A stretch of DNA of 64,000 bases, taken from Thalia democratica. Its lineage: Eukaryota. A program made the translations under genes and the position numbers. Every line of letters starts with the position of its first letter. The stretch's first letter is position 1. The DNA lies in contig OZ241831.1 in NCBI GenBank assembly GCA_965202585.1, positions 31,620,001 to 31,684,000 of the forward strand, written 5' to 3'. This document shows, piece after piece, positions 26,900-40,120 of the stretch. The notes below the pieces were generated by a model, which was not told where the DNA came from, ran no database searches, and saw only the letters and a program-made list of their open reading frames with translations.

Positions 26900-27015
26900 A
26901 ATTTGGTTTAAGCGCCAGCTCAGTATGCTAGCGGGCAGGTTTCCACTTACATTTTGTAAATATTGGCGGACCGGTGACTTTTACTCCGTCCGCAGACCGT
27001 ACGTCACCTAGCCCT
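26900..27015 (+). mobile_element. DNA-transposon (hAT-like) MITE end; homologous segment at about 63085-63225
   Basis: attggcg(g/a)(a/g)ccggt(g/c)a(c/t)ttt(t/c)act...cctag is shared between the two sites. Confidence 0.45.
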
Positions 27016-28814
27016 ACTTTACGTTACCAACAAAAATTAGAATAGTTAAGTTTTTTTAAAGAATTTTGTGGTTATTTTTATCCACAAATGAGTAAACTAA
27101 TCTAAGTAAATAAAATAACGCAATCTGTAAAAAAAAAAATTAAAAAACATCGCTTAAAGTACAATTGAAACCATCCAACTAACCATTGAAAACGTCTTGC
27201 GTAAAAAAAAAATGATGCATCCTCTATCTAAAATATACACGTTGAGTTGTGCTCTTAACTTTAATGCACAGTAATTTTTATTGAGTGAAAAAGTCATCAC
27301 AGTTTTAATTTTAAATACATAGATACTTTCTATAGCCTAGTTTTCCAAATTATACAGCTCACAATGGTTTTTTTACCACAAGTCCGGTCCACGATAGGTT
27401 TTTTTATAAATCTGACCATCTAAATTAAAATGTTTCCACTCAAAGACTTAGAGTTTACAGTACTCTAAATATTTTTTTTTAATTTTAGAGTTTATTATTG
27501 AATAAAGAGCTTAATACTAAAATTCACACTAAGTTTAACGCTTAGAAAGAAGTCATAGAGATTTGTTTTAAATTGACCAAAGTATTACTACCTCTAAGTT
27601 TTCTTTTTTTTCATACTTATTATCACAACTTTAAAAACTTTTTCATGCCATAAATTTCATGCCATATTCTGTATTATCTGTTTCAAAATAGTTGAATCTG
27701 TTATTAATTGTTTTTTCACTTAATGTAGCATGTTTTTTTTCTCTTGGGAAATGTGCTGAGTTACGTAGATTGGTTTCGTGTTCATGTTTATTTATAACCT
27801 TTTGTTATCGTCATTGTTAGTGTTATTAAAGGTTTCATGTCTTACATGTTCGTTATTTTTTGCAAATAATATTTTCTTCACAGCTTCGTAAGCTTTTTAT
27901 AGTTTTGTGAAAAATTAAAGTTTAGATGTATGTTATTTCCGCTAATTTTTCAATTTTATATTTGTATTATTTTGAAAGAATAATTTAACGCTACAGTTTT
28001 TCGAACTCAATTTGTTCACTTAATTGTCAATGTTGGACGTTACTTTGGTGCCATCACTGAGTTTGGTAAAGCTTTAAGCTCAAAACTATTTAAATATAAT
28101 CTATAAAAGCTCAAACTTACTTTACTATTTGGAAAACATATATTTATTTTACTGCACTTTTTTCTTCTGAGACAGAATTTTTTTATAATATGCTTTTTCC
28201 TAGAACACTCAATTTAATTTTGTTTAGAAGTCTATATTTAATAGCTGTTTTTTTTTTTTTTTTTGCTTGTTGTACATAATTAACTTTTGAAATTCAACTT
28301 TGTTACATCATAATAAAATGTATTGCTAGTTGAAAACATCCCTTAAAGTCACAGAACACCTTCAAGTTCTGAGTTTTCAACTTTAAGAATTTTAGGATTA
28401 TATTAATTCCTAGGCAATTTTCAAAATACTCTATATCACACTCTTAACTTTTTCCTTGCATAATTTAAATTTTTTTTCAATTTAATTATATTTGTTTCAT
28501 TAGCAAAACTTTTTACATGGTTTTTTATTCTCATATTTTCACTAAACTGAAAATTAAGTGAAGAAACCATTTAATTTTTCTGAGAAGTTTTTTTTATTGT
28601 CAATAACGTTGTAGATAGTTTGGAGTAAACTTGTATGTAAGTATATTTTCGATTGTTTTTAAAACAGAATATTATCAAGCCGAAAAACTACAAAAAATTT
28701 TTTTTACAGTTCAAAATAAGTATAAAAGAAACAAAAAATTTTTCACAAAAAAATTAAAATATATTAGTGTGGACTTAGTAAATTGTGCTGATTTTCCTTA
28801 AATTATATTAGATA

Positions 28815-29194
28815 CAGGGTTGCCACTCGTTTTTTCAAAAACTATTTTAACCGGGTTTTTAAAAGTACACATTTTTGAGTTTATTTTTAGTTTGAGGTAA
28901 GAAACTGTGTTAAGTAGTATAAAAACATTGAACAGATACTGTAAAGCTACTTTAAATGTATTTTTTAATAAATAAAATGTTTGATGATGACAAAATTTTC
29001 TTATTTATATGATAGGTTTTTTGAGTCAAATCGAAACTTTACTACTGAACATTCATACTAACTACTGAACTTTACCACTGAAAATTCTAGATTTCTTAGT
29101 GATTTTTGTTCAAAATTCCAGGTTTTTTTCATAATTTCTCGAATTCAAGGTTTTTTGCCTAAATTGTCAAAATCCAGGTATAGTGGCAACCCTG
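28815..29194. mobile_element. Non-autonomous hAT-like MITE
   Basis: TIRs CAGGGTTGCCAC / GTGGCAACCCTG; 6-bp target duplication TAGATA on both sides. Confidence 0.9.
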
Positions 29195-29476
29195 TAGATA
29201 TTTAGCATAAGTATATCTTTTAGAATAATAATTTATTCTAAACTGAAGAGTTCTTTCTCGTTAAGATTGTCTTATAATATTGAACTGTTTATCTAATTTC
29301 CAATAATTTGTGAAGCTCATAACGATTTTTCGCTGTTTCTGTCAGAAAACTTGTGTTCTTGAAAGCTTTTAAGAACTTTTTTTTGTGGGTCCTTTGTATG
29401 ACCACATATAAACATAGACTACTAAATTAAGTTAGCATTATGGATAGCTCAAGAAAAAGTATGTTCTGTACGCTGT

Positions 29477-29575
29477 AACAATAAAGATAAGACACAATAT
29501 CTAAAGATTTACAGCCTGGTAATCTTTACGGCATGGTGAAAATTTGTTAACTACATTGTCCAATTGGTCCGTTAA
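29477..29575 (+). mobile_element. Penelope-like reverse transcriptase fragment (decayed)
   Basis: NKDKTQYLKIY/QPGNLYGMVKIC*LHCPIGPL matches the PLE RT pattern (S)QPGKLYG(L/M)xKxHK..PxRPI. Confidence 0.7.
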
Positions 29576-29742
29576 AAACAATAATGAACTTACTTAATTC
29601 TTGGAAAATAAACTTAAATTACTTTTAGAATGTTTAGTGTAGTTAATATTTGATATTACTAAAAACTCGTAATTCTTGCTCACAGCAAAAACTGTTTAAA
29701 GTATTGAATATGCAAGGTATTTATTTATATTTTATATAGCAT

Positions 29743-29785
29743 GCGTATGGTTTCGTTCTCACAAGGACTGATCAGGCAGATCTAG
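29743..29785 (-). ncRNA. Degenerate hammerhead ribozyme (probably inactive)
   Basis: Minus strand reads tctgc-CTGATCA-gtcc-ttgtg-agaac-GAAAC. The core G8 is changed to C, and the stem III/cleavage site is lost. Confidence 0.55.
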
Positions 29786-29854
29786 CCACGATGAACAACT
29801 GTATCAGAATTAGTCCAAAGTACTTTTGCACTGAAGCGTTCATATATGGTGATT

Positions 29855-29920
29855 AAGTTAGCCTGATAAGGACGAAACCAGGTTGCAAAATGTCACATGG
29901 ACTGTTTTTGATGATCGTGC
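29855..29920 (+). ncRNA. Degenerate hammerhead ribozyme of the same family as 12666-12763
   Basis: gcCTGATAAG-GACGAAACCaGGTtgca..tgtc.ca...ctgtt.ttg.tgatcgtgc aligns with the 12.7-kb copy; the 5' arm of stem II is deleted. Confidence 0.6.
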
Positions 29921-30241
29921 TTATTGCAGTCTAGTGCTTATGGATGGAAAAAACATTTCAGCCTTACTGGAGATAGCCAAAACACTAATAATAGTATTTA
30001 AGCTAAGGAAATTAAATTGAAAATAAAGTTAACAAAACATAAGATAATACTTTTATTCGTATAAGTAGAAAATATGATTCAAAAAACGATGAACGCTAAC
30101 AATAACTGTAAGTAAAAACTGTAACAAAAAACTAGAAAACAAAAAAATAACTTAGTAACAAAACTTAAAACAAGAACAAAATATAAGATTTATTAACATT
30201 TTTGAGCTGAATTCAATTTCCACAAAACTATGGAGTCCAGG

Positions 30242-33200
30242 CTATGTCTGTAAAATAGTATTAATATTTTTACAAATTGCCTTTTCTGAAAAAAAATTAT
30301 TGTCTAAATTTAAGTTTTATGTAGTAAATTTTAAGCCTTTATATTTTGTTTGACAAGTATAACTAGCCTTAGTAAACAAAATTTATCTTAAAATTTAACT
30401 AGTTTTATAAAAAGTAGTTTCCTTTAAAATATAAGTTTAACTTTTTTAGGTTGTTTAACTTAAACTTTTTTGACTTTAAATGCTCATTTGTTATTGTTTA
30501 TATTTTTACTTCTTCATTTAAATTTTTTAACTAAAAAATAAATTTTATGTACTAAAAAAAGTTATATAATAAAATTAGGGAGCATAAACTAACTTAAATA
30601 AACTAAAATAAAAACTTAAGTTACAAAGTGTTCAAACAAACAAACTTAAAAAGTAGAAGTTATACGATTTTCAATCATATAACTTTGTTGTAAAAGACTT
30701 AATAAACTAACCATTTGATTGCAGTAAAAAGGATTTGTATATGGGTATTGAGGATTTGTATAAGAAGATTCATTGGTAGAAATTTGCTGTAAAATTAACT
30801 TTGGTAAAAACTTTTTATTAAAAGGCTAATTACAGTGGAAAATTCACTAATAAATTTAAACTTGACTTTATTATATTATAAAATTTTAATAAAAACTAAT
30901 TTACATTAATGATTATTTTTCAAGTCATTTTGTGCCAAAATTTCTAAAATTTTTCCTATTAAAACATTTATGTACCATTGTAACCCAAAAAAAATTATTG
31001 CAACTATTTTATTTAAAAGTAAGATCAGTTAAGAAAATAAATAAAAATTTTTGTTTAATTAAGTTTAATTTTTTTTTAATGTTAGAACTTTATCAAATAG
31101 TTACAAAATTGTAAATATATTTAAAAAAAAACAATAAATCTTGACACATTAAACCAAACACATAGCTTTACTTAAGATAAACTAGTATATAAGTCTTAAA
31201 TTTTATATGCAAAATCCTTTAGAACTAAACTTTTGTATAACTCTTTAGTCATATATAATTAACTAAACTTTAAGATACATAACTCATAGTTATTTATCTC
31301 AATATATTAACTAAGTATTTCTTAGAAGACTTTTATTGTAATGAATAAATTTATTGGAAAAACTTAAAAATTCACTTCTACCGAGAGATTTCAAGAAACT
31401 AATGTTTAGTTTTTAAAACAACTTTAAAAAAACACATTACATTAGACATACCTGGGGAGGCCATATATAAACAAAATTGTTTTGTTGATAATATCGATGT
31501 GGACTTGATGGGCCTTGTTCCTGAAAAAACACAAATTTTAAGTTTTGAATTATTCTTTGCCGGTTAGTTTCAATCAAGAGTACAAAGTAGGTTTCCGTAA
31601 GTTTTTATTCTATTAATGACTTTAATTAAACTTGTTCGCGGGTTCTGAAGCAATCAATATTTTATTTTAGAATTAAAAAACTAATTCTCGATGAGAGTCA
31701 AGGACAAGTAATGTAATGAGTTTAAAGTTGTTTGCAGATTTTGATTCATACAATCTTACAAATTTAAACTAAGTTCTGCATAGTAAATGCATTATTGTGA
31801 AACTTCAGTTTTATCTAAAATCACCATCACAGTCGTTTTTTGTTAACTTCTTTGAATGTAGGTCATTTTTATAGTCGATCTACTCAAAAAGTCTCAATTT
31901 TTAGTTCTACAGCTATAGTTCACCATTACACATATTCTTTACTATAAAGAGCTAATAAAAAGCAAAAATGGTGTCGATTTTATGAATAAATAATTTTATA
32001 ATTAATTGTACAGTACTTACTGTACTTACCACTTACAGTACTTACGTTAAAGATTATTAAAGTATTTTATATAACAATTTTATGAAACAAGAGCTTTAGT
32101 TATGTGATATTAGCCGTATGTTTCCCACTTATAAGTGTTGTAAGTATGTAGTTTTCTTCACACACATTTATTCACTTTAACAGCTTAGCTTAGTGATGAT
32201 GCAAAAATTTTCCATAACTTTGATAAAAGTACAGATAAAAGTTGTTAAAAATTTTTATAAATATTTTTGATATAATTGACAAAGCAATTTTGTCATGGAA
32301 ATGCTGTAACAGCTAAGTTAACTACATATACGCTTATTACACTTCAACACATATGCTGCTTACTATATCCACTATTTAAACTTTGTAGGAAGTAAAGTAT
32401 TTTTCTAAAAAGTACTATGTAGAAAAATCAAAATCTTTACAAAAATTTATTGATCGAGAGCTTGAAAATGTATGAATTATATAAAGATTCATAAGTTTAA
32501 CATTTCTTCTTTTTTTTAATTGTATGTTTGCTGACTTAATTGAAGATCTTCATACACATGCTCTACTCGATGAATAATTAGGGTAAGTCAATACAACCAC
32601 TAATGAGTTATTATATTAATTAGTAACTTTTAGCAAATTTAGAGCTTTGTAAAACTATGAACACAACTTTGAGTAAAACACGTTTTTGAAACAGAGCTAC
32701 GAATAAAAATAAAACCAACTAACAATATTGCTATCAGATGAACACGAAAATGATCTTTCTGATGACCTCGTCGAATTCAAATCAACTCGCTGCAAGCTGT
32801 CTGCCAGATCATCGACTGAAAAAATTACTAAATAAACAAAATGTATTAAAAGTTACTTAACTAACAAAATATTCCAATAAAAAAATAATATCTTAAGTAA
32901 GAAATGTATATAAAAATAACATAAACAATATATTTTTTATTCTAAAATAGCTACTCAAATGAACATTGGTTCTACTCATTTCAGTTTCAAATCTAACAGT
33001 TTTATGGAAGAAATAATCAATCAAAACTATATGCATATAAGAAGTCCATTAAATATTTAATACATTTAAATTAATATCTAATCTTTGATGTTTTTATATT
33101 TTTTTATCATAACTCACCTGACTGCTGCTTGACGATTTGCTGTTTCCTCTTGGCTTGATCGAAAACCAGAAGGTTGCCGTTCAAATACATTCGCTTCTAA

Positions 33201-35099
33201 GAAATAAGAAGAAATAAGAAAACATTTATTATAAAAACTAAAACAACAACAAACGTAAACTAATTTATACACTAGGAATAAGAATTTTGCTGACATAACA
33301 ACACTTTGAATCAATTAATTTTTTCGTATGTTTATTATATCGTTTTAAAGTTTACGATACTTTATTCAACCTTAAAAGTAACCTGGTTTTATTAGTGAAA
33401 AACTAGATTAAGTTTAAAAAAAAGCTAACTAAGACATCTCTTAAAGTGATATATTCACCTAATAATTATCTTATGGTTAAAACGTATGCTTGTACTATAC
33501 TTGTACCCAAACTTATATAAAAGTTATAAAATAAGTAAAACTTTTACTAATGTTAAGTATTTTTTTAAACTAACTTTTTTCAACAGTTCCTGAGCTGGAA
33601 CTACTTTCTGGTAAGTGACAAAGGCGTACCTAAAAATACAAATTTACTTTTTATATTTTGTTACACATTTCCTCATATTTCTTTAATAGTATAAGTATTT
33701 TATCTGTTTTAAAACTAATCAAACACTTAGATTATTTCTTTTCTATTAAAAACTAAATAATAAATTCGAATAAATTTTACAGTTGGAAATTTCTAGTATG
33801 TAGTAGACAATTAAACTGTAGTGATAAACATTTCTTTACAAAAAATAAGTTTTTTTAGTAAAAAAGAAAGTTATAAAATTTTTTGACTATGAATTTATAA
33901 AATAAACAATTAAGTTCTTCATAATTCTGTAGTTCAAAAGTCATACTCATTCAGGTGTTTTTTTTGTTTAAATAAAACATAATTATCAAATACTTGATAA
34001 CAATCAATGTTTTGAAGATATAAAAATTAGCTATCAGCAAAAAAATTATCAGTATATTTAAAACCTAGAAACAAAAACAAATAGTTATTTAAAAACGTAA
34101 TAGTCACAAACTAGATGTTAATTTATTTTTTGCTAGTGAAACAGATTACTTTAATTACCTTCTTTTTGAACCAATCTTATTTTTTATAATTCTCAAATCA
34201 GAAATCTGACCAAAATCAATCAGAACTTGAAAAAGATCATCATATGTTGTCTGTAAAAAGTGTTATAGGAATTAAGTATTGATATACTACTAATACATCT
34301 TAGACTTAAAATATAACTTTGCTTACATGTAGTATACTATCTATTTTAATTAAAATAAATGCTTATTGTGTAGGTCATTTTTCAGTTTTTAAAAACTTCA
34401 ATGTTTTATTTAGCAAAAGCACAGTTAGACTGATAGGTTAAACTGATACTTAAATCATTTAGCTTTCGTATTTGAAATAAATTACAGTAACCTTGAATAA
34501 ATTAATAATGTCAAAGTTCAACTATAAAAACTATAAAAACATTTTTATAATAACTTAAATTTTTTGTAAGAGAAAAATTATATTACAATATTCTATTATT
34601 AAAATTCTATACATACAAAACAATATGATTAGAAATTAATATTTGTTTTTTTTTTCTACAAAAGTAGAAAATGTTATAAAATCTTAAAATTGAGAAAGAT
34701 AACTTTGACAAAAAACAAATATATAAAAGTATTAAACCTTCAATTAGTAAAGGTGAATTTAATTTTTCAAAATTTTTCTATAAACACTGCTTTTTTTATA
34801 AAACTATTGATAAAAATGATATAAAACTTTTGATGATATAAAATTTTTGATAAAATCTAAATTATCAAAATCAATTTTGGAAAAATTTTTGAATAAATAT
34901 GTAAAACTATCTTTTTTGATTAAGTATATGTTACAATAAAATTCTTAGATCAAAGCTTTTTACATATACTAGACTTTAGTATTAGAATAAATTTTATCCA
35001 CATTTAATAATAAAGTATTATAAAAACCTTGTTATTAATGTTTCCTACAAAAACACGATTTGTTTGTCTTGTTAAGTAAACATAAGAAGTCTCGTCCAT
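30242..35099 (-). CDS. boule: Divergent boule/DAZ-family RRM RNA-binding protein (spliced)
   Basis: Exons 35099-35028 (MDETSYVYLTRQTNRVFVGNINNK), 34250-34159 (92 nt), 33629-33575 (55 nt, RYAFVTYQKVVPAQELLKK), 33196-33118 (79 nt, KRMYLNGNLLVFDQAKRKQQ), 32815-~32724, 31520-31452, 30786-30712 (QISTNESSYTNPQYPYTNPFYCNQM) and a tentative 30247-30242 (T*). RNP2 is VFVGNI and RNP1 is RRYAFVTY. Intron positions and phases in the RRM match what I recall for BOLL/DAZL. Extra exons between 32.7 and 31.5 kb are possible. Confidence 0.75.
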
Positions 35100-35817
35100 T
35101 TTACCTGCAAAATAAATTTATATCTTTTCAATAAAAAAGCTGCTTGAATCAAAGCATAAACTATATGTTGGATTATATAAAGATAAAAAATATAGTTATA
35201 ATCTTGAACAAAACATACAAATTAAAGATAAAACATGAAAAATACAATTATAAACTAATATCAATATTCTTATGAAATTTATTACAAATATAAAAGGTCT
35301 TAAATATGGCGAAGACAAAGTGATTGTATGTTTCTGATAATTGAAATAGTATTTACTAGAAAATCATTAACAAACACAATACTAAAATAAGGTTATATAA
35401 CCTTGGCATGAAAGTTTAGAGTTTATACTAAAAGATACTTTTAAAAAACAAAAATTTTAATTAGTTTTTGAGATACAACCAGCTTTGTAAAAAAATTCGA
35501 TACAACTGTAGAAAACCAAAGATTATCTGCAATTTTTTTTTTGAATTTATCATTTCTTTGAAAACTTTTTTTTTTTTAGTTTTAAACCTTATCTTCAAAT
35601 TTTCAGAAATTTTATTTTTAATGATACAAACAACTTGTCCTAGCAGATTTTTGAAAAAACAAATTAGTATTTTATGACAAAAAATTAAATTTTTTGTTTA
35701 TTTTAATTTCAAAATATGTTGTTTACAAGTTGTTTAAAATTTACTAAGAAAATTTGAAAACTATTGCTCAAAAACTGAAGAAGAAAGACTTTTAGTGAAA
35801 TAGTACATATACTTTAA

Positions 35818-36505
35818 GGCCATAGGGGGAGTCCAACATTTTTTTTTACAAAAATTAACTTTGTCTTTTATATGAAAGCTTTAAATACAATCTACAAGCC
35901 TGTTTTTATAGAATTCAAAAATATCATTTAACTTTTGAGATATTTTATTTTTTATAAAAAGTTTCCAATACAAACGTATGGACCGCAAATTTTTAGGGAT
36001 CAATTTTCTTGGAAATTTAAAAATTCACTAAAAATCTATCTCCTCCTTCATTTTTCAAGCAATCTTCTTCAAATTTTCAGTTAATGTTCCTTATATTAAA
36101 AGGAAAAAAGGTTACTTTAGAATTTTAATAATGTAAAAAAATTAAGATTTTATCACAAAAATTAGAAAAAAAAGTGTTTTTTTTTAAATAATATTTATAC
36201 AATTTTTTTTTTAATTCCAAAGTAACGTTTTTTTGTTATTGTATAAAGATTAGACTGTGAAAGTTTGAAGAAGATTGCTAGAAAAATGTAGGAAGAGATA
36301 GATTTTAAATAAAATAGTCTTTTTTTGCTGTTTTAATTTTCCCTTTCCATAGGGAACCTATTATGCGGCCCGACTTTGACTAGTCATATCTCAAAAAATA
36401 ATTTGAATTTCTAAAATATTAAAAGCATCTTCAAGCTTAGAAAAAACTCTTTAAAATAAGATCAACTTTAAAAACATGGTTAACCCCCCCCCCCCCCCTA
36501 TGGCA
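35818..36505. mobile_element. TTAA-flanked (Kolobok-like) MITE with long imperfect TIRs
   Basis: TTAA|GGCCATAGGGGG ... CCCCCTATGGCA|TTAA. Confidence 0.8.
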
Positions 36506-37813
36506 TTAATATTCTTAAGAATTGAAATCAACAGTATAAATTTTAAGTTAATTGTAAATTATAAATACACTAAAACACTTAACAATCTGAATCAACTGCA
36601 TTTCACTTAAATTTTTTTAAAGAAAAGTATCTCAAATGAATTACTATATTGTAGTCTGAAATTTTTTAGAGCCTCAAAAAAGTTCAACATATTTCTAATT
36701 GGTCATAGTTAATTAAAATTCCAATCCGGTCAGAAAGTGTGGCAGCCTTGTTTTAAAACAATTTAGTAAATTGAAGTTGTTCAGTCAGTTTGTGCCTATT
36801 TGTGTTTCATACTATTTATTCAAAATGTACACAGAAACTAGTTTTCAGGCCATTGGGGTGTAAATTTGATCATGTTTTGTATAGTCTTCACTAAGCTCCA
36901 AACTGCTTTTTACAAATTTTAATATTCAAACAAGTTTTTGAAATATAACTGTTTAAAATCAGAGAATACAACAGGTTCCTTATGCCAGACACAAACTGAA
37001 AAGGGGAAAAAAGACTAATACACTAAAAATCTATCTTCTACTATGTTGTTTGAGATAAACACCTCAAATTTTTAGGAAATGTTTTTCGCAATACTCTGAG
37101 TATTTATTACAATTTTATTTTACTGAAAATTAAGTTTTATGAACAAAGCACCAAAAAAAATTTAAAAATATATTTGTTTATTTTTGAAATAAATAAAAAA
37201 TAGTCAAAATTCAACAACTCCTAACAAGATGATTTTCTAAATATATCAACAACTAAACAAAATGCAATAATAAAGGACTGCTACAGTAAAAAAAATAACT
37301 TTGTATTAAAAAGAAACTTCATTATTTTTTTGGTTTATATATTAGTTAAAATGTTATTGTGTGCTATATAAAATAGCTTGTAAAATAAAAATTCAACTTT
37401 ATTCTTAAAATGTACTTTTTAAACAAACATTTTAATTTTTCTAGTTAATTTTAAATATATACATATGTTGTGTAAATTCTTAGTTCATAGGTAAAAGACT
37501 TGATTGATATATTCTTACTTTTTCACTAAAACATAATAAATAGTACCCTTTTATATATTTGTATAAAAACTTATGACAACAGAAAAACTTCATCTTCAAA
37601 ATTGGTTGTAACTTTTTTACATGCAGATAGACACATAATTAAAATATTTACTTAAAATTTAGTCTTATAAGTTTTTTTTTTTGCCTCAAATATTCCAAGA
37701 TAGACTTTAATATATCTTCACATCAAATAAATAGTTCATATAAATTATAACTAATATAAATTATAAGTAAAATATACAAACAAGCTTTATTAAAAATTTT
37801 TATTTACTACCTT

Positions 37814-38176
37814 CAGAGTTGCCAAATGTTTTTGGAAAATGTTCTCCAGGTTTTCAAAACTTACTTCAGGTTTTTTAAAGTACACATTTTTAAATCTATT
37901 TTAGTTTAAAGTTAATTTTAAGGTAAGTAACTGTGTTGTATAAAAACATTGAAAAGAATTTGAAAAGCTACTTTACATGTGCTTTTTAGTAAAATACAAA
38001 ATTTTGATGATGACAAAAAAAATTATTTATAGGATAAATTTTTGGTGTCAAACTGAAATTTTACTACTTAACATGTTAAAATTGTTATAAATTCCAGGTT
38101 TTTTTTTGCAAAATTTCTCAAATATTATAGCCTGAATTGTCAAATTCCTTGTTTTTCCAGGTTGTCTGGCACCCTG
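37814..38176. mobile_element. hAT-like MITE (CAGGGTTGCCA family), older copy
   Basis: Ends CAGAGTTGCCA / TGGCACCCTG; internal sequence homologous to 28815-29194. Confidence 0.8.
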
Positions 38177-38526
38177 CATCTTTTATAATATCAGTTTTTG
38201 TATTTTTCTACAAAGCTTTTAACTCTATTTAGGCCACCTCAACTTTTTACAAATTAATGTTATAATGTGGAGTTATTTTACTAGCTTTCAGATAGTTTTA
38301 CCACTTAACAGTATTCAAATTAAATTTTGAGACATAAGGGTTCAAATATTGAGCTTTAAGGTTTCATTGTGAAAGGCACAGACCAAAGATTTTTTTATTA
38401 AAACATTATATTCTTCTTGACTTTCAAACCATCTTTTCAAATTATTCAGTTATTCCATTACTAAAAAAAACAAAGTAATATCTCAAAAAATATTGAGAAG
38501 AATTTTTTTAATATTGTACTTATTAA

Positions 38527-39187
38527 GGGCATAGGGGGGGTAAATACCCTTTTTTGGTTTTTGATCCTATTTTATAAAGTCTTTACTAAGCTACAAGATG
38601 CTTTTTACAGATTTAAAAAATTCAAAATAATTTTTGAGATATAGTTGGTCAAAGTCGGAGTCGACAATAGGTTCCTTATGGGAGGCGCAAACTAAAACGG
38701 CAAATAACTAAAAATCACTAAAAACCTATCTCCTCCTACGTTTTTAGAGATAACTACCTGAAATTTTCAGGAAATGTTCCTTGCAGTATTTAGAAAATTC
38801 TGTCGGAAGGAATTTAAAAAAAATTATTTAAAAAAAAATTTATTATAAAAAAACAAAAAAAAATGTTTTTTTTTTGTTTTTTTTTTTTTTTAAATTCCTT
38901 CCAAGAGAATTTTCTAAATATATCAAGGAACATTTCCTGAAAGTTTGAGGTAGTTATCTCAAAAAACGTAGGAGAAGATAGATTTTTAGTGAAATAGTCT
39001 ATTTTTGCTGTTTTAGTTTGTGCCTCCCATAAGGAACCTATTGTTGGCTCCAACTTTGATCGGCTATATCTCAAAAATGTTTTTGAATTTTTTAAATCTG
39101 TAAAAAGCATCTTGTAGCTTAGTAAAAACTATATAAAATAGGATCAAAAACCAAAAAAGGGTTTGTACCCCCCCCCCCCCTATGCCC
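38527..39187. mobile_element. TTAA-flanked (Kolobok-like) fold-back MITE, nearly palindromic
   Basis: TTAA|GGGCATAGGGGGGG ... CCCCCCCTATGCCC|TTAA; the two arms of about 300 bp are reverse complements around an A/T-run centre. Confidence 0.9.
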
Positions 39188-39513
39188 TTAATAAACCTCT
39201 CTTTTTATCTAAAATTAACTTGTTTTTATATTGTAATTTCCTTCAAACTATTTGAAGAATGTTTCCTAAACATAGGTCAATAGCTAAAAAAATAAAATAT
39301 AGATAGATTACTTTAACCGTTTTAAATTCAAAGAATAGCCTTTAAAAACTTCCACTGAACCCTTGGTACCTGAAATTTTTTGCATAACTGAAATTATCTA
39401 AAAGTTAATTTAGTTTTAAATTTGACAAGTTTATATTTTAAACTTCAATATAACAGCCCATGTAGATCATCACAATACAAGAAGACCACCAGTTTTAATA
39501 TAAATTTCTTACA

Positions 39514-39897
39514 CAGGGTTGCCACTCCTTTTTTCAAATTTTTTTCCAGGTTTTTCAAACTTCTTCTTTTTGAAAGTACACATTTTTGGGTCATTTTTAG
39601 TTAAAATTAAGTTCAAGGTAAGAAACTGTGTTAAATGATATAGAAACATAGAAATAATACTGTAAAGATACTTAAATATGTTTTTTTATAAAAAACCTTG
39701 AATGATGACAAATTTTTTTTTACCTATATGGTAGATTTTTTGAGTCAAATTGAAATTTTACTAATGAACATGTGAAAATTGTTAGATTTGCAGGTTTTTT
39801 TTCAAAATTTCCTAATTTCAAGGTTTTTTCAGGTTTTTTTAACCTAAATTGTCAGATTCCAGGTTTTTCCAGGATTAAAAGTTAAGTGGCAACCCTG
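39514..39897. mobile_element. hAT-like MITE (CAGGGTTGCCA family)
   Basis: Perfect 12-bp TIRs; 5-bp target duplication TTACA. Confidence 0.9.
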
Positions 39898-40120
39898 TTA
39901 CAGGTATTCTTTTATGTATTTAAAGTAAAAGCTTCCTTATCCCTTTTTAGTAGAAAACTATATTAAAGGTAAACAACTGTTTGAAACCTAAATTTTCTTT
40001 TTAACATGTATATCTTTTTTTAAACCTCAGATTTTTTGCCCAAATTTTCAAGTTTTAGAGTTTTCAATGTATCTAAAAAAAAACTACCCTGCTCTTATAG
40101 CATAAAAGTTTAACATTTAA

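Noticed and set aside
32953-33314. ORF-track frame EANVFERQPSG... and an extra exon near 32953-32995
   Set aside because: The alternative frame KRMYLNGNLLVFDQAKRKQQ completes the RRM and splices directly to 32815.
33587-33610. Plus-strand micro-exon (cag|TTCCTGAG...CTG|gtaagt)
   Set aside because: It is the antisense of the boule-like RNP1 exon, which has its own splice sites and a clear motif.
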